A DNA stretch of 63,790 nt, filler included, from Sandaracinaceae bacterium (GTDB lineage Bacteria; Myxococcota_A; Polyangia; Polyangiales; JADJQN01), in the NCBI GenBank assembly GCA_947483975.1. It is 16 parts of 16 records of this genome, joined end to end, with 100 filler letters (N's around TTAATTAATTAA, not from the genome) between each part and the next. Parts side by side here need not be neighbours in the genome. Positions count along the whole stretch, not along the records: positions 52,055 to 55,907 come from CANKOL010000455.1; positions 56,008 to 59,856 come from CANKOL010000456.1; positions 59,957 to 63,790 come from CANKOL010000457.1; 13 more parts are not named here. The stretch is one strand, 5' to 3'. Each line of letters begins with the position of its first letter. The stretch's first letter is position 1. The position numbers and the translations under genes are program-made. This document shows positions 52,752 through 62,918 of this stretch, piece by piece. The notes beneath the pieces are model-generated. The model did not search any database. It had not been told where the DNA came from and saw only the letters and a list, made by a program, of their open reading frames with translations.

Positions 52752-53837
52752 TCACGGGGACTCGCAGACGAAGTCGTTGCCCTTGCCGCAGCTCGAGTCG
52801 TTCCACGCGTCCGCGTCCCAGGCGTTGATCTCGACGCAGTCCTCGTCGCCCGAGTTGTTCGGCTCGCCCGCGCGCCAGCTCCGGAACTCGCTCGTCGAGC
52901 CGCTGTTCCAGACGAACGCGCCCTCGGTCACCGCGTCGGTCAGCCCGATCCACCACGGCTTGGTCGCGTCGTAGCTCCGCGCCGCGCTCTGCAGCCACGC
53001 GCTCTCGGCGGTGTCCTCGACCGTCGCGAGGTGGTAGCCGACCCCGACGCAGCCCGCCTCAGCCGCCGCGAACGCTGTGCCCGCCGCGCAGAACAGGTAC
53101 GCGTGCGTGCCGCGCCGCCGCATCGTGCAGGGGCACGCCGCCGCGCCATCGTCCACCGCCGCGCTGCAGTCGTTGTCGAGGCCGTCGCACGTCTCGGCCG
53201 CCCCCGTGTACACGCTCGCGTGCGTGTCGTCGCAGTCGTCGACCGGCACCTCGAGATAGCCCGCCGGCGCGCTGCACGCGCGGACCGAGCCGATGCCGGT
53301 CGCGTGGCCGTCGCCGTCGGCGTCCGGGTAGAAGATGCGCGTGTCGACCGCGTCCGCCTCGTCGATGGCGCCGTCGCAGTCGTCGTCCACGGCGTTCCCG
53401 CAGACCTCGCGCGAGTCGGGCGTCATGTCGGTGCAGCGCCGCGCGCCCGTGTCGCAGAGGAAGACACCCTCCGCGCAGCGGTCGCGGTCGGGGCCGTCGC
53501 ACGCCATGCCGATCGTCGGGTCCCCGGAGCCGTCCTCGGTGGCCGGGTCGCAGTCGTCGTCGCGTCCGTTGCAGGCGTCCGGCGCGATGACGCACTCACA
53601 GCCGTTCGCCGGATCGCCGTCGACGTCGACCGTGCCCGGCGCGCAGACGCTCGCGTCGACGCCGAGGTCGTCGGCGGGCGGCGCGTCGATGGGCTCAGCG
53701 TCGTCGCTCGCGTCGAGGCTCGCGTCGGGGTCGAAGAGCGCGCGTCCCGTTCGGTCCACGGTGCAACCAGCCGCCGTGAAGAACACGGCGACACAGAGCG
53801 GCACGGCGAGACGCCAAGCGAGCGACACCCTGAGCAC
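52752..53837 (-). CDS. Lipoprotein with Cys/Asp metal-binding repeats and C-terminal C-type lectin domain
   Basis: AAGC lipobox; CNGRDDDCD, DDDCDGAIDE and ETCDGLDNDC repeats; WIGL...EG.FVW...WRAGEPNN...EDCV...WND.SC...FVCE. Confidence 0.88.
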   Translation of the reverse strand: MLRVSLAWRLAVPLCVAVFFTAAGCTVDRTGRALFDPDASLDASDDAEPIDAPPADDLGVDASVCAPGTVDVDGDPANGCECVIAPDACNGRDDDCDPATEDGSGDPTIGMACDGPDRDRCAEGVFLCDTGARRCTDMTPDSREVCGNAVDDDCDGAIDEADAVDTRIFYPDADGDGHATGIGSVRACSAPAGYLEVPVDDCDDTHASVYTGAAETCDGLDNDCSAAVDDGAAACPCTMRRRGTHAYLFCAAGTAFAAAEAGCVGVGYHLATVEDTAESAWLQSAARSYDATKPWWIGLTDAVTEGAFVWNSGSTSEFRSWRAGEPNNSGDEDCVEINAWDADAWNDSSCGKGNDFVCESP

Positions 53838-53900
53838 GGCGCGAGTCTACACGCTTCCCAACGCGGCGCGTCACTCCTCGCGCAACTCGCGCTCGCGCCG

Positions 53901-54608
53901 TCAGACCTTGCGGTAGACGCCGACGACGACCCCGAGCACCTGCGTGCCGCGCCAGTCGTTCCGCGGCACGAGGATCGGCGCCATCGTCGAGTTCTCGGGC
54001 TGCAGGCGGATGTGGTCCTTCTCCGGGAAGTACCGCTTGCACGTCGCCTCGTCGCCGACGAGCGCGACGACGATGTCCCCGCGCTTGGCCTCGAGCTGCT
54101 TGCGGACGAAGACGTAGTCGCCGTGGTGAATCCCCGCCTCGATCATCGACTCGCCGCTGATGCGCAGGCCGAAGACGTCCCGCCCGCTGCCGCCGAGCAG
54201 CATCCGGTCGATGCGCACGCGGTCCTCCGCGTCGGTGTGCGAGAGGTCGACGGCCTCGCTCAGCGCGCCGGCGGCGACGCGCCCGAGGATCGGCACGTCG
54301 ACGGTGTCCTCGTTCGAGTCGTCGTGCCCGCCCGTGTCGTTCGCCGCTTGGCCGTTGGCGCCGCCGTCGCGCAGCCCAGCGAGCGCTGCCTGGGCGAGGG
54401 CGGTCGGGCGCAGCGTCCGGGACTTCATGTCCTCGCGCGTGAGGAAGCCCTTCCGCTCGAGCGCGCGGAGGTGGTCGTTCACCCCGTTGGTGCTGCGGAT
54501 CCCCATGAAGTTGCCGATCTCGCGGAGCGTCGGCGGGTAGCCGTTCTCGTCGATGGCGCTGAGGATGTAGTCGAGCACTTTCCGTTGCCGCTCGGTCAGC
54601 TGTTGCAT
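53901..54608 (-). CDS. lexA: SOS repressor LexA
   Basis: LTERQ...GYPPTLREIG...STNGVNDHLRALERKG; VAAG cleavage site, GESM (Ser) and ATCKR (Lys). Confidence 0.96.
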   Translation of the reverse strand: MQQLTERQRKVLDYILSAIDENGYPPTLREIGNFMGIRSTNGVNDHLRALERKGFLTREDMKSRTLRPTALAQAALAGLRDGGANGQAANDTGGHDDSNEDTVDVPILGRVAAGALSEAVDLSHTDAEDRVRIDRMLLGGSGRDVFGLRISGESMIEAGIHHGDYVFVRKQLEAKRGDIVVALVGDEATCKRYFPEKDHIRLQPENSTMAPILVPRNDWRGTQVLGVVVGVYRKV

Positions 54609-54781
54609 GGCGCGCTTCCTTTTCACTGCGTGCTCGCTGCGGGGCGAGTGCTGCTCGACCGCGGCGACGAGGGCCACCTGCACAGATGGACCCTGGCCGT
54701 CCGGATAGGTCGCACGAGTGAAACCACGCTTTCCGGGGCGTGTCAAATGATCAGGGCTGCGCAGATGCCCGGGTGTGGGCT

Positions 54782-54851
54782 CAGCGACGCCAGCTCAGGG
54801 GCGCCAGCGCAGGGGCGCCAGCTCAGGGGCGCCAGCTCAGGGGCGCCAGCG
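54782..54851. repeat. 14-bp tandem repeat x5 spanning the ChaN-family gene stop
   Basis: CAGGGGCGCCAGC(T/G) at 54796, 54810, 54824 and 54838, plus a degenerate copy at 54782. Confidence 0.9.
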
Positions 54852-55712
54852 CAGGTCCGCGTCCGACGCCGCCTCGCACTCGCTCGCGGGCAGCACCGTG
54901 ACGAACGCCGCCGGCGCCCGCCGCGCCGCGCGCTTCGGGATGCCGAGCCCCGCGCGGACGTGGCCCGTGCCCGCGAGCACGACCAGATGTCGCGGCGCGT
55001 CCGGCGCCGAGAGCGCGCGCGCGACCTCCGTCGCCATCGTCTCGTCCCAGACGAGCTGAGCCTGGTAGAAGCGCTCGCGCATCGCGTCGTCGAGCCCCGG
55101 GTGATCGCCGAGCATCGACAGCACGAGCGCGCGGTGCGCCGGGTCGTTCGCGTCCATCTCGGGGAGCTCCGCCGTCTCGGCCGGCGTCAGCGCGGCGAGC
55201 CCCTCCCGCCCGATGCGCCGCGTCAGCTCCATCCGCGCGTTGAGGGCGCGCAGCGGCAGGTGCCGGGCCCGCGCGAGCTTGAAGATCGCGCGGTAGAGGT
55301 CGAACGTGAAGCCCCAGCGCGCCGCCCACTCGATCGCCGTGAGCAGCTGCGCCTCGCTCGTGCGCCCCGCGATGTAGTCGTCGAGCCCCGCCTGAAACGG
55401 CCGCTGCACCATCTCGAGCCCGACGGCGACCGACGGATCGCGGTCCGAGAGCGCGCGGATGACCGCGAGCTCGAGCGCGTGGCTGTCGGGCGAGTCGTGC
55501 AGCTCTCCGACGTAGACGACGCGCGCCGCCTCGAGCCGAGCGAGCACCTCGGCTGGCGGCACGACGCGGTCCTGCGCGTCGAGGAACGTCCCGGGAAAGA
55601 CGGCGACGGCTGGCTGGGCCGCGACGGGCGTCGGCGTGACCGGCGCGGGCAGGGCGCCCCCGCAGCCCACGAGCAGCAGGAAGACGAACGAGGAGAGGCG
55701 CGCCGGGCTCAT
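54837..55712 (-). CDS. ChaN-family lipoprotein
   Basis: LVGC lipobox; VVYVGELHD, GLEMV, Y..IF, AQLVWDETMA and LAGTGH. Confidence 0.85.
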   Translation of the reverse strand: MSPARLSSFVFLLLVGCGGALPAPVTPTPVAAQPAVAVFPGTFLDAQDRVVPPAEVLARLEAARVVYVGELHDSPDSHALELAVIRALSDRDPSVAVGLEMVQRPFQAGLDDYIAGRTSEAQLLTAIEWAARWGFTFDLYRAIFKLARARHLPLRALNARMELTRRIGREGLAALTPAETAELPEMDANDPAHRALVLSMLGDHPGLDDAMRERFYQAQLVWDETMATEVARALSAPDAPRHLVVLAGTGHVRAGLGIPKRAARRAPAAFVTVLPASECEAASDADLRWRP

Positions 55713-55820
55713 GCGCTCGACTGTAGCCGCGCGGGCGCCCTTCGCACGACCGCAGACACTTCGTAGATCCTTCTCGGAGGCTGCACGTCGGAGCCCGGGA
55801 CCCACGGAGGGGAAGGTCCC

Positions 55821-55907
55821 ATGCACTCCATGCCCAACGCCCGCGCTCTGGTTGCCTCTGTCCTCTTCGCCGGGCTCGTCGCCGTCGTGCACCCGGGGAG
55901 CGCGCAC
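55821..55907 (+). CDS. Exported protein, N-terminal fragment
   Basis: GGAGGG RBS; MHSMPNARALVASVLFAGLVAVVHPGSAH signal-like sequence. Confidence 0.45.
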
Positions 55908-56151
55908 NNNNNNNNNNNNNNNNNNNNNNNNNNNNNNNNNNNNNNNNNNNNTTAATTAATTAANNNNNNNNNNNNNNNNNNNNNNNNNNNNNNNNNNNNN
56001 NNNNNNNCTCGCTAGCCCCCGCGGCGCGCGCCCACGCCGCCCCGTGCGCGCCCCGCGCTGAGCCACCCGAGGGCCCTGCTGCGCAAAAGGCGCACCTGGC
56101 TATACTGCGCGCCTCCCGGGCGCCCCGCGCCCTCCCTACCAAGGCGCTCCC

Positions 56152-59100
56152 GTGCAATTCGCTCCGTTCATCGCCTTCTTCCTGTCCGGCGCCAGCAGCC
56201 TGATCTTCCAGTCGATCTGGACGCGCTACCTGCACCACGTCTTCGGCTCGACCACGATCGCGATGAGCACCGTCCTCAGCGTGTTCATGGCCGGTCTCGG
56301 GCTCGGCGCGTGGATCTTCGGCAAGATCTCTGCGCGCATCAAGCACCCCTTGATGACGTACGCCGCGGCGGAATTCCTCGTGGCGCTCTGCGCGATCGCC
56401 ATCCCGTACCTCGTCGCGCCCGAAGGCTGGCTCGGCGACGTCAACGGCTGGATGCGCGTGACCTTCGGCGACGGCTCGGCGGGCTTTGCCATCGGACGCT
56501 TCATCTCCGTCGTGCCGATCCTGATCGTGCCGACGACCCTGATGGGCTCGACGCTCCCGCTCCTCTCGCAGCACTTCGTCGAGACCGAGCAGCGCGCCGG
56601 CGCGACGAGCTCGCGCGTCGGCGTGCTCTACGCCGTCAACACCTTCGGCGCGGTCGCCGGCACGTTCTTGTCGGGCTTCGTGCTGCTGCCGACCATCGGC
56701 CTGTCAGCGACCAACTTCACCGCCGCCGGGATGAACCTCCTCCTCGCCGTCGGCATCTTCGCGCTCCACAAGCCGCTGCTCGGCGCGGCCCTCGCTCCGG
56801 GTGAGAAGCTCAGCATCTTCCCCGGCAAGGAGATCATCGAGCGGGTCGCGGCCAAGGTCTCGAAGGCTGCGTCCACCACCGCCGTCGTAGCGGACGAGCC
56901 GATCTCTCCGCTCGCCCGCAAGCTCGCGCTCGTCGCCTTCGGCGTCTCGGGCGCCGCCGCGCTCTGCTACGAGGTCGTCTGGACGCGCGCGCTCGCGCAG
57001 ACCATCGGCTCGTCGATCTACACGTTCACGATCGTGCTGATGACCTTCCTCATCGGCATCGCTGGCGGCAGCGCGATGATCTCTGGGTTGCTCGGCACCT
57101 CCCGACGCCCGCTGCTCTCCCTCGGCGTCGTCGCCGGAGCGCTCTGCGTCCTCGCCAACGCCCCCGTCGGCGTCGGCTCCTCGATGGGCGCGTACATCGT
57201 CGCCGTCGCGGTGACGTGGGGCTTGCTCGGCGCCATCGCGGCCATCGCGCACGCCCGCGGGAAGAAGACCCTCGCGCTCGGCGGCGTCGCCTCGGACGGT
57301 GAGACGACGCTCTGGGGCCTCGCGCTGGTCGCCGTGCCGCTGATCGCCTCGGTCGCGCACCTCCACTACGCGGGGCACCTCTCCGGCATCGTCGCGAGCG
57401 TCACCGGCGTGTTCTGCGCCTACCTCGCGGTGTCGCTCGCCCTGCGCCGCACCTTCGTCCTGCTCGTCGCGCTGATCCAGTTCCTCATCGCGGCGGCCAC
57501 CTTCGTCAACTACATCTGGGCCGACGAGATCCCGCTGACGTTCGCGAGCCTCGTCGCGCCGCTCGGGGAGCGCCTCGCGGACAACGTCTCGCTCGTCCGC
57601 TTCTTCATGTTCCTGACCGCGGGGCTCTGCACCCTCCCCGCGACGTTCGGCATGGGCGCGATGTTCCCGCTCACCTTGCGCATCTGGTCGAGCGGCGGGC
57701 GCAGCGTCGGCTCCGACGTCGCGGTCGTCTACACCTCGAACACCATCGGCTCGATCCTCGGCGCGTGGCTGCCGGGCTTCGTGCTCTTCGCGCTGATCGG
57801 GGCCGAGAGCACGCTGCACCTCGGCATCGCGCTCAACCTCTGCCTCGCGCTGATGATGCTGCTCGCGACCGCGGCAGACGTGCCGGAAGACGCCGCCGCC
57901 AAGACCGACTCGGACACGGCGAAGGCGGACGAAGCAGACGCCACGGAGAAGGTGGAAAGCACGAAGAAGCCCGCGCCGGAGAAGAAGGGGCGTGACCTCC
58001 CGGCGTGGCAAGCCGCCGTCGTCTACGTGCTCGCCCCGCTGATCCCGGCGTTGCTCGCGCTCGGCTGGCTCATCACCGCGAATCCGTCCTCACGCTGGTC
58101 GGTCCGCTGGGACCAGGCGAAGATGACGCTCGGCGTGTTCCGCGTCTCGCTCGCCGCCGACGTGCTCGACCCAGAGCGCTGGGGGCAGCCGGACATCGTC
58201 TACTACCGCGACGGCCTCTCGACGACCGTGACCGTCGAGCGCTGGGGGCGGCACCTCGCGCTCAAGAACAACGGCAAGGTCGACGCGAGCAACGGCGACG
58301 ATATGCCGACGCAGGTCACCGTCGCGGCGTATCCGCTCCTCATGCACGCGAACGGACCGAGGAACCTCGACGTCGCGGTCATCGGCTTCGGCTCAGGCGT
58401 CACCGTCGGCACGGCGCTCCGCTTCCCCGTGAAGAGCGTCGACGTCGTGGAGCTCGAGCGGTCCATCCCAGAGGCGTCCAAGTGGTTCGCCGACGTCAAC
58501 CACCTCGAGTATCCGCTCACGCAGTTCCCGTACGTCCAGATGCCGCGGCTGCGCGTCATCAACGACGACGGTCGCAACTACCTCGCGAGCACCGCCAAGA
58601 AGTACGACGTCATCATGTCGGAGCCTTCGAACCCCTGGATCACGGGCGTCTCCGATCTCTTCACGAGCGACCACTTCCGCATCGCCAAGCGCGCGCTCAA
58701 GCCGGGCGGGATCTACTGCCAGTGGGTGCAGCTCTACGAGCTCAGCCCGCAGAACATCAAGACCATCTTCCGCACGTTCGCGTCGCAGTTCCGGTACGTC
58801 GTCGTGTTCGCGGCAGAGAACCTCTCGAGCGACACGGTCGTGCTCGGCTCGGACTCGCCGCTGCCGCTCGACCTCGCGCGCGTTCGACGCACGTACGAGC
58901 TCCCCGGCGCCGCGGCGCTGCTCGAAGAGGCGCGCATCTCGTCGCCCTACGACGTCTTCTCGCGCGTCATCCTCGCGTCCCGCGACGAGATCCAGCAATA
59001 CACGCGCATACGTTATCAGCGCGAGGGAACCGACTGGGTCGCCGCGCCCGAGACGTCGAACGGGCCCGACGAGACGTGCGTCGCGGCGGAGTGTCGCCTC

Positions 59101-59856
59101 GAGGGTGCGCCGCTCAACACGGACGACAACGCCCGCATCGAGTTCGCCGCGCCGGACGATCTGATCGGCTTCCAGCGCTACGAGGGCTACCTCGGGAACA
59201 TCTACTCCGAGCAGTGGCCGTACGGGCAGCTCTCGACGAACGTGCGCGGCTTCGGCACGGGCGACGTCGCCGCGCGCAACTACGCGGAGCAGGCGATGTC
59301 GCTCGTGATGGCCGGCCGCAAGCAAGAGGCGGCGCTCTTCATCGAGCGCTCGCAGCACGCCGGGCGGGTGCGCGAGACGGCGGTCGCGCTCGAGACACTG
59401 TCGCTCCTGATGAGCAACGAGCGCGAGCCGCGGGTGCAGATCGAGCCGCCGGTGCCCGGTCCTCAGATGGACCGCCGCACCGCCGAGCGCCTGACCGACG
59501 GCTTCGACGCCGTGAAGCGCTCCGTGGACCAGAGCGCCTACGCGGCGGCCCTCGCCGCGATGGAAGAGATCCCCGCGCCGCTCCGCCTGCACAGCGGACC
59601 AGGGATGCGCTTCCTCTATGGCTATCTGCTCTACAAGGGCGGCCTCGGCGACGCAGCGCAGCGCCGCGCGGCGATCGACGTGCTCGAGGAACTCGTGCGC
59701 GACGACGAGGACTACGTCGCCGCGCACCCCGAGCTCTACTACTTCCTCGCGCGCGCCCACGACGGCGAGCTCAACTTCGCGCAGGGGCTCCGCAACATGC
59801 GCCTCTACGTCGAAGCGCGCGTCGTCCCCGCCGCGGGAGCCGCCGCGCCGACCGTC
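56152..59856 (+). CDS. Fused membrane (MFS-like)/spermidine synthase-like protein with C-terminal helical/TPR region, 3' truncated
   Basis: FFLSGASSL, MAGLGLG, LYAVNTFGA, EVVWTR; IGFGSGVT, VVELE, DDGRNYL, YDVIMSEPSNPW and LKPGG. Confidence 0.9.
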
Positions 59857-59956
59857 NNNNNNNNNNNNNNNNNNNNNNNNNNNNNNNNNNNNNNNNNNNN
59901 TTAATTAATTAANNNNNNNNNNNNNNNNNNNNNNNNNNNNNNNNNNNNNNNNNNNN

Positions 59957-60080
59957 AGGCGCCCGAGTCAGGCGCGCGGTGGCACGCGGCGAGCGACATC
60001 AGAGCGGCGAGCGCGCAGAGCGAAGCGGCGGTCGTCGAGTGGAGTGCGAGGCGGCGCTGCGCCGAGGGCGTTCGAGTCAC
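59957..60080 (-). CDS. Lipoprotein, N-terminal fragment
   Basis: GTG start; ...SLCALAALMSLAACHR lipobox; TTGACT-17-CAGCGT promoter 6 nt upstream. Confidence 0.55.
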
Positions 60081-60165
60081 GGCGGGACGCTGCCGGGCGC
60101 GACGCGAGAAGTCAAAGGCGCGCGCGCGCTCGCGTCGCGTCCTCGCGGTGTGTTAGGTGTCCAGG

Positions 60166-60987
60166 ATGTCCACGCTCGCTCGATTCAGCGCCTTGGCGTT
60201 CTTGGCGGCTGCGCTGACCCTCCCCACGCTCGTCGCGGCTCAGACGACGACGCCCGCCGACGTCGTCCGCCTGCACGACGGCACGTTCCTCCGCGGCACG
60301 CTCGTCGAGCGCTCGCCCACGCAGGTCGTCGTCGTGCTGCAGACGGGCGAGACCCGCACCTATCCCGCGAGCGCGGTCGAGTATGCCGGCCCCGACACTC
60401 CGCCTGCGGCGGCGTCAACGCCGCTCGCCGTGCCGCCCGCGCCCGTCGCTCCCGCGGCGCGGGTCGCGCGGCTGCACGTCAGCTCAGACCAGTCCGAGCT
60501 CTCGCTCCAGCGCTTGCAGGGCAGCGCGGCCGTCTCCTCCTGGAACGGACACGGCATGACGACCGCGCTGGTCGATCAGTTCGGCATCCTCTGCAACGTG
60601 CCCTGCGACCTCGAGGTCCCCGAGGGCGCCTATCAGCTCGGCGTCGCGAAGGGCGTCGGCGCGGCGCTGCGCGCGGGCAGCCCGATGGACCTGCGCGGCG
60701 ACATGGCCCTGCGCGTCGGCTACCAGGACCACTCCGCGACGCGCGGCACGGGCTGGCTGATCTTCGGGATCGGCAGCGCGGTCGGCGCGGGGCTGATGAT
60801 GGGCTCCATCTGGGCGGGGCCGGAGGACTGCTCCATCGGCGCCGACTACTGCCACAGCACGATGAGCCTCCCGATGATGATCGTGGGCAGCGTCATCTGG
60901 ATCGGGGGCGTGCTCGCCGGGCTCGTGTTCTTGACGGTGGGCGACGCCGCGACCATCGAGGTCGAGCCGGCCGCCGCTCGCTTCTAG
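60166..60987 (+). CDS. Exported protein with C-terminal membrane segments
   Basis: Signal peptide; DVVRLHDGTFLRG N-terminal motif; LCNVPC; two TM segments. Confidence 0.65.
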   Translation: MSTLARFSALAFLAAALTLPTLVAAQTTTPADVVRLHDGTFLRGTLVERSPTQVVVVLQTGETRTYPASAVEYAGPDTPPAAASTPLAVPPAPVAPAARVARLHVSSDQSELSLQRLQGSAAVSSWNGHGMTTALVDQFGILCNVPCDLEVPEGAYQLGVAKGVGAALRAGSPMDLRGDMALRVGYQDHSATRGTGWLIFGIGSAVGAGLMMGSIWAGPEDCSIGADYCHSTMSLPMMIVGSVIWIGGVLAGLVFLTVGDAATIEVEPAAARF

Positions 60988-61086
60988 CGCGACGCACGGC
61001 GTGAGCTCCCGCGGCGACGCCGGCGCTTGACGCACCTCCCGCGCGCCCGTTGACGCCCTCCGCGCGCGTCGTAAGAAGGCGCGCCG

Positions 61087-61800
61087 ATGCGCAGAGACAA
61101 CCCAGAGGTCGAGCCGCTCACTTCGCAGGCGCAGCGCGCGCCGCTGCCGGCGAGCGCGGCGGTCGTCATCGACGCGCTCGCGCGCTTCATCACGGACGGG
61201 CGCAAGGCGCGCATCGAGTCGGTGATCGCGGGGCGCACGCGGCGTGTGCTCCCGGTGCTCGAGCGGCTCAGCGATCCGCACAACACCGCCGCCGTGCTGC
61301 GCAGCGCGGACGCGTTCGGCGCGCACGAGGTGCACGTCATCGAGACGAAGGAGCGCTTCGTCGCCTCGTCGCGCGTCGCCAAGGGCAGCGAGCGCTGGCT
61401 CGATCTCGTCTGTCACGCGGACACCGACGCGTGCGTCGACGCGCTGCACGCGCGCGGCTACCGCGTGCTCATCGCGGCGATGGACGGGCAGGTCGAGCCG
61501 CAGGATTTGGCGGCGCTCGGGCGCGTCGCGGTCGTCTTCGGCAACGAGCACGCGGGCGTGAGCGCGGCGATGCGGGCGCGCGCGGACGGCGCCTATCGCA
61601 TCCCGATGCGCGGCTTCGTCGAGTCGCTGAACGTCAGCGTCGCCGCGGCGATCACGCTGAGCAGCGCGCTCCGCGACGCGCCCGGCGACCTCGACGAGGC
61701 GGACCGCGAGGGGCTGCGCGCGCGCTTTCTCTTTCAGTCGATCGACCACGCCGACGCGATCGTGCGCGAGCACGTGCGCCGCACGACGACGGTAGGCTGA
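61087..61800 (+). CDS. trmH: TrmH/SpoU family RNA 2'-O-methyltransferase
   Basis: DPHNTAAVLRSADAFG, VFGNEHAG and IPMRGFVESLNVSVA. Confidence 0.85.
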   Translation: MRRDNPEVEPLTSQAQRAPLPASAAVVIDALARFITDGRKARIESVIAGRTRRVLPVLERLSDPHNTAAVLRSADAFGAHEVHVIETKERFVASSRVAKGSERWLDLVCHADTDACVDALHARGYRVLIAAMDGQVEPQDLAALGRVAVVFGNEHAGVSAAMRARADGAYRIPMRGFVESLNVSVAAAITLSSALRDAPGDLDEADREGLRARFLFQSIDHADAIVREHVRRTTTVG

Positions 61801-61839
61801 CGCCGCGCGGCGACGACGGGGACCTGAAGAGCTAGGCGG

Positions 61840-62784
61840 TCAGAGCTTGCGCGCGAACGCGAGCCGCTGCGACGGGCCGAAGCCGAACTTGTAGAGGAAG
61901 CCGAGGAGCTCGAAGTCCTCGCGACCGACCTCCGTCTCGAGCGCCTCGACGTGCAGGGCGGAGAGGTTGTCGATCATCTGCGTGAGCACGGCGCGCGCGA
62001 AGCCGCTGTGCGCGAAGCTCGGGTGCACGCCGACGGTGTCGAGCGACGCGGACGGCTCGATGTGCCCGAAGTCGCCGAGGTCGACGCGCGCCATCGCGAA
62101 GGCGACGACGAAGCCGTCGTCCTCCGCGGCGAGCGAGACGAGGATGCCCGAGTCGTCGAGCGCCTCGTCGAACTTGCGGCGCAGATACTCGGTGCGGTCG
62201 CGCCCCGTCGTCAGGCGATCGATGCGCGCGACGGCGTCGAAGTCGGTCGCGCGGAGGTGCCGGACGAGCGGCGGCACGCGCTCGATCTCCTCGTCGGTCT
62301 CGGGCAGCGGCATCCGGTGCACGGGGCGCTCGAGCACCTGCCGCGGCGCGAGCGAGAAGCCCGCGCCGTCGAGGAAGCGCAGCATCGCGTGGTTGTGCCA
62401 GTCCGCGTGCGTGACGATGTCGCGCGCGCCCGCCGTGCGACCGCGCTCCTCGAGCGCCGCCATCATCCGACGACCGAAGCCCGCGCGCTGCGACTCCGGC
62501 GCGACGCCGAGCGTCTCGAGGACGAGCGCCGCCTCGTGCCGCCCGTACTCGCCGCCAGCGAGGCGCGCGAGCACGAAGCCCGCGAGCCCGGCGGGCGTCG
62601 TCACCGCGAGCTGCAGGTGCCGCGTCGGGTGCTTGAGCGCCGCCGCGAGCCGACGCTCGAAGTAGCTGCGCCGTGAGTCGCCGGTGATCCGATGGTCGAG
62701 CGCGACCACCGCGTCGAGATCCGCTGCCTGAAGCGAACGCACTCCGCTGCTCGTTGACGACGCCGACACGCTGCTCGTTTCCAT
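61840..62784 (-). CDS. Tandem GNAT acetyltransferase
   Basis: AGGAGG RBS; two homologous halves (DLDAVVALD...LGVAPESQRAGFG / DFDAVARID...VGVHPSFAHSGFA). Confidence 0.85.
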   Translation of the reverse strand: METSSVSASSTSSGVRSLQAADLDAVVALDHRITGDSRRSYFERRLAAALKHPTRHLQLAVTTPAGLAGFVLARLAGGEYGRHEAALVLETLGVAPESQRAGFGRRMMAALEERGRTAGARDIVTHADWHNHAMLRFLDGAGFSLAPRQVLERPVHRMPLPETDEEIERVPPLVRHLRATDFDAVARIDRLTTGRDRTEYLRRKFDEALDDSGILVSLAAEDDGFVVAFAMARVDLGDFGHIEPSASLDTVGVHPSFAHSGFARAVLTQMIDNLSALHVEALETEVGREDFELLGFLYKFGFGPSQRLAFARKL

Positions 62785-62918
62785 ACGGTCCTCCTGCGGT
62801 GCGGCAGTCTGGATAGTCCCAGCGCCGAGCGTCAACCTCGGCGCGCAGGAATACGGCGAATTCGCCATTCGTCTGCACGGCGTCCAAGATGCTCGGCGGC
62901 CGGGCGCGACACGGAAAG

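Noticed and set aside
3966..59956. Regularly spaced TTAATTAATTAA elements about every 4 kb, and ORFs ending in X...LIN
   Set aside because: Artificial concatenation linkers; any apparent synteny across them is meaningless.
59980..59995. Sigma54-like TGGCACGCGGCGAGCG
   Set aside because: It lies within a minus-strand lipoprotein coding sequence (lipobox codons) and has a poor -12 element; probably chance.
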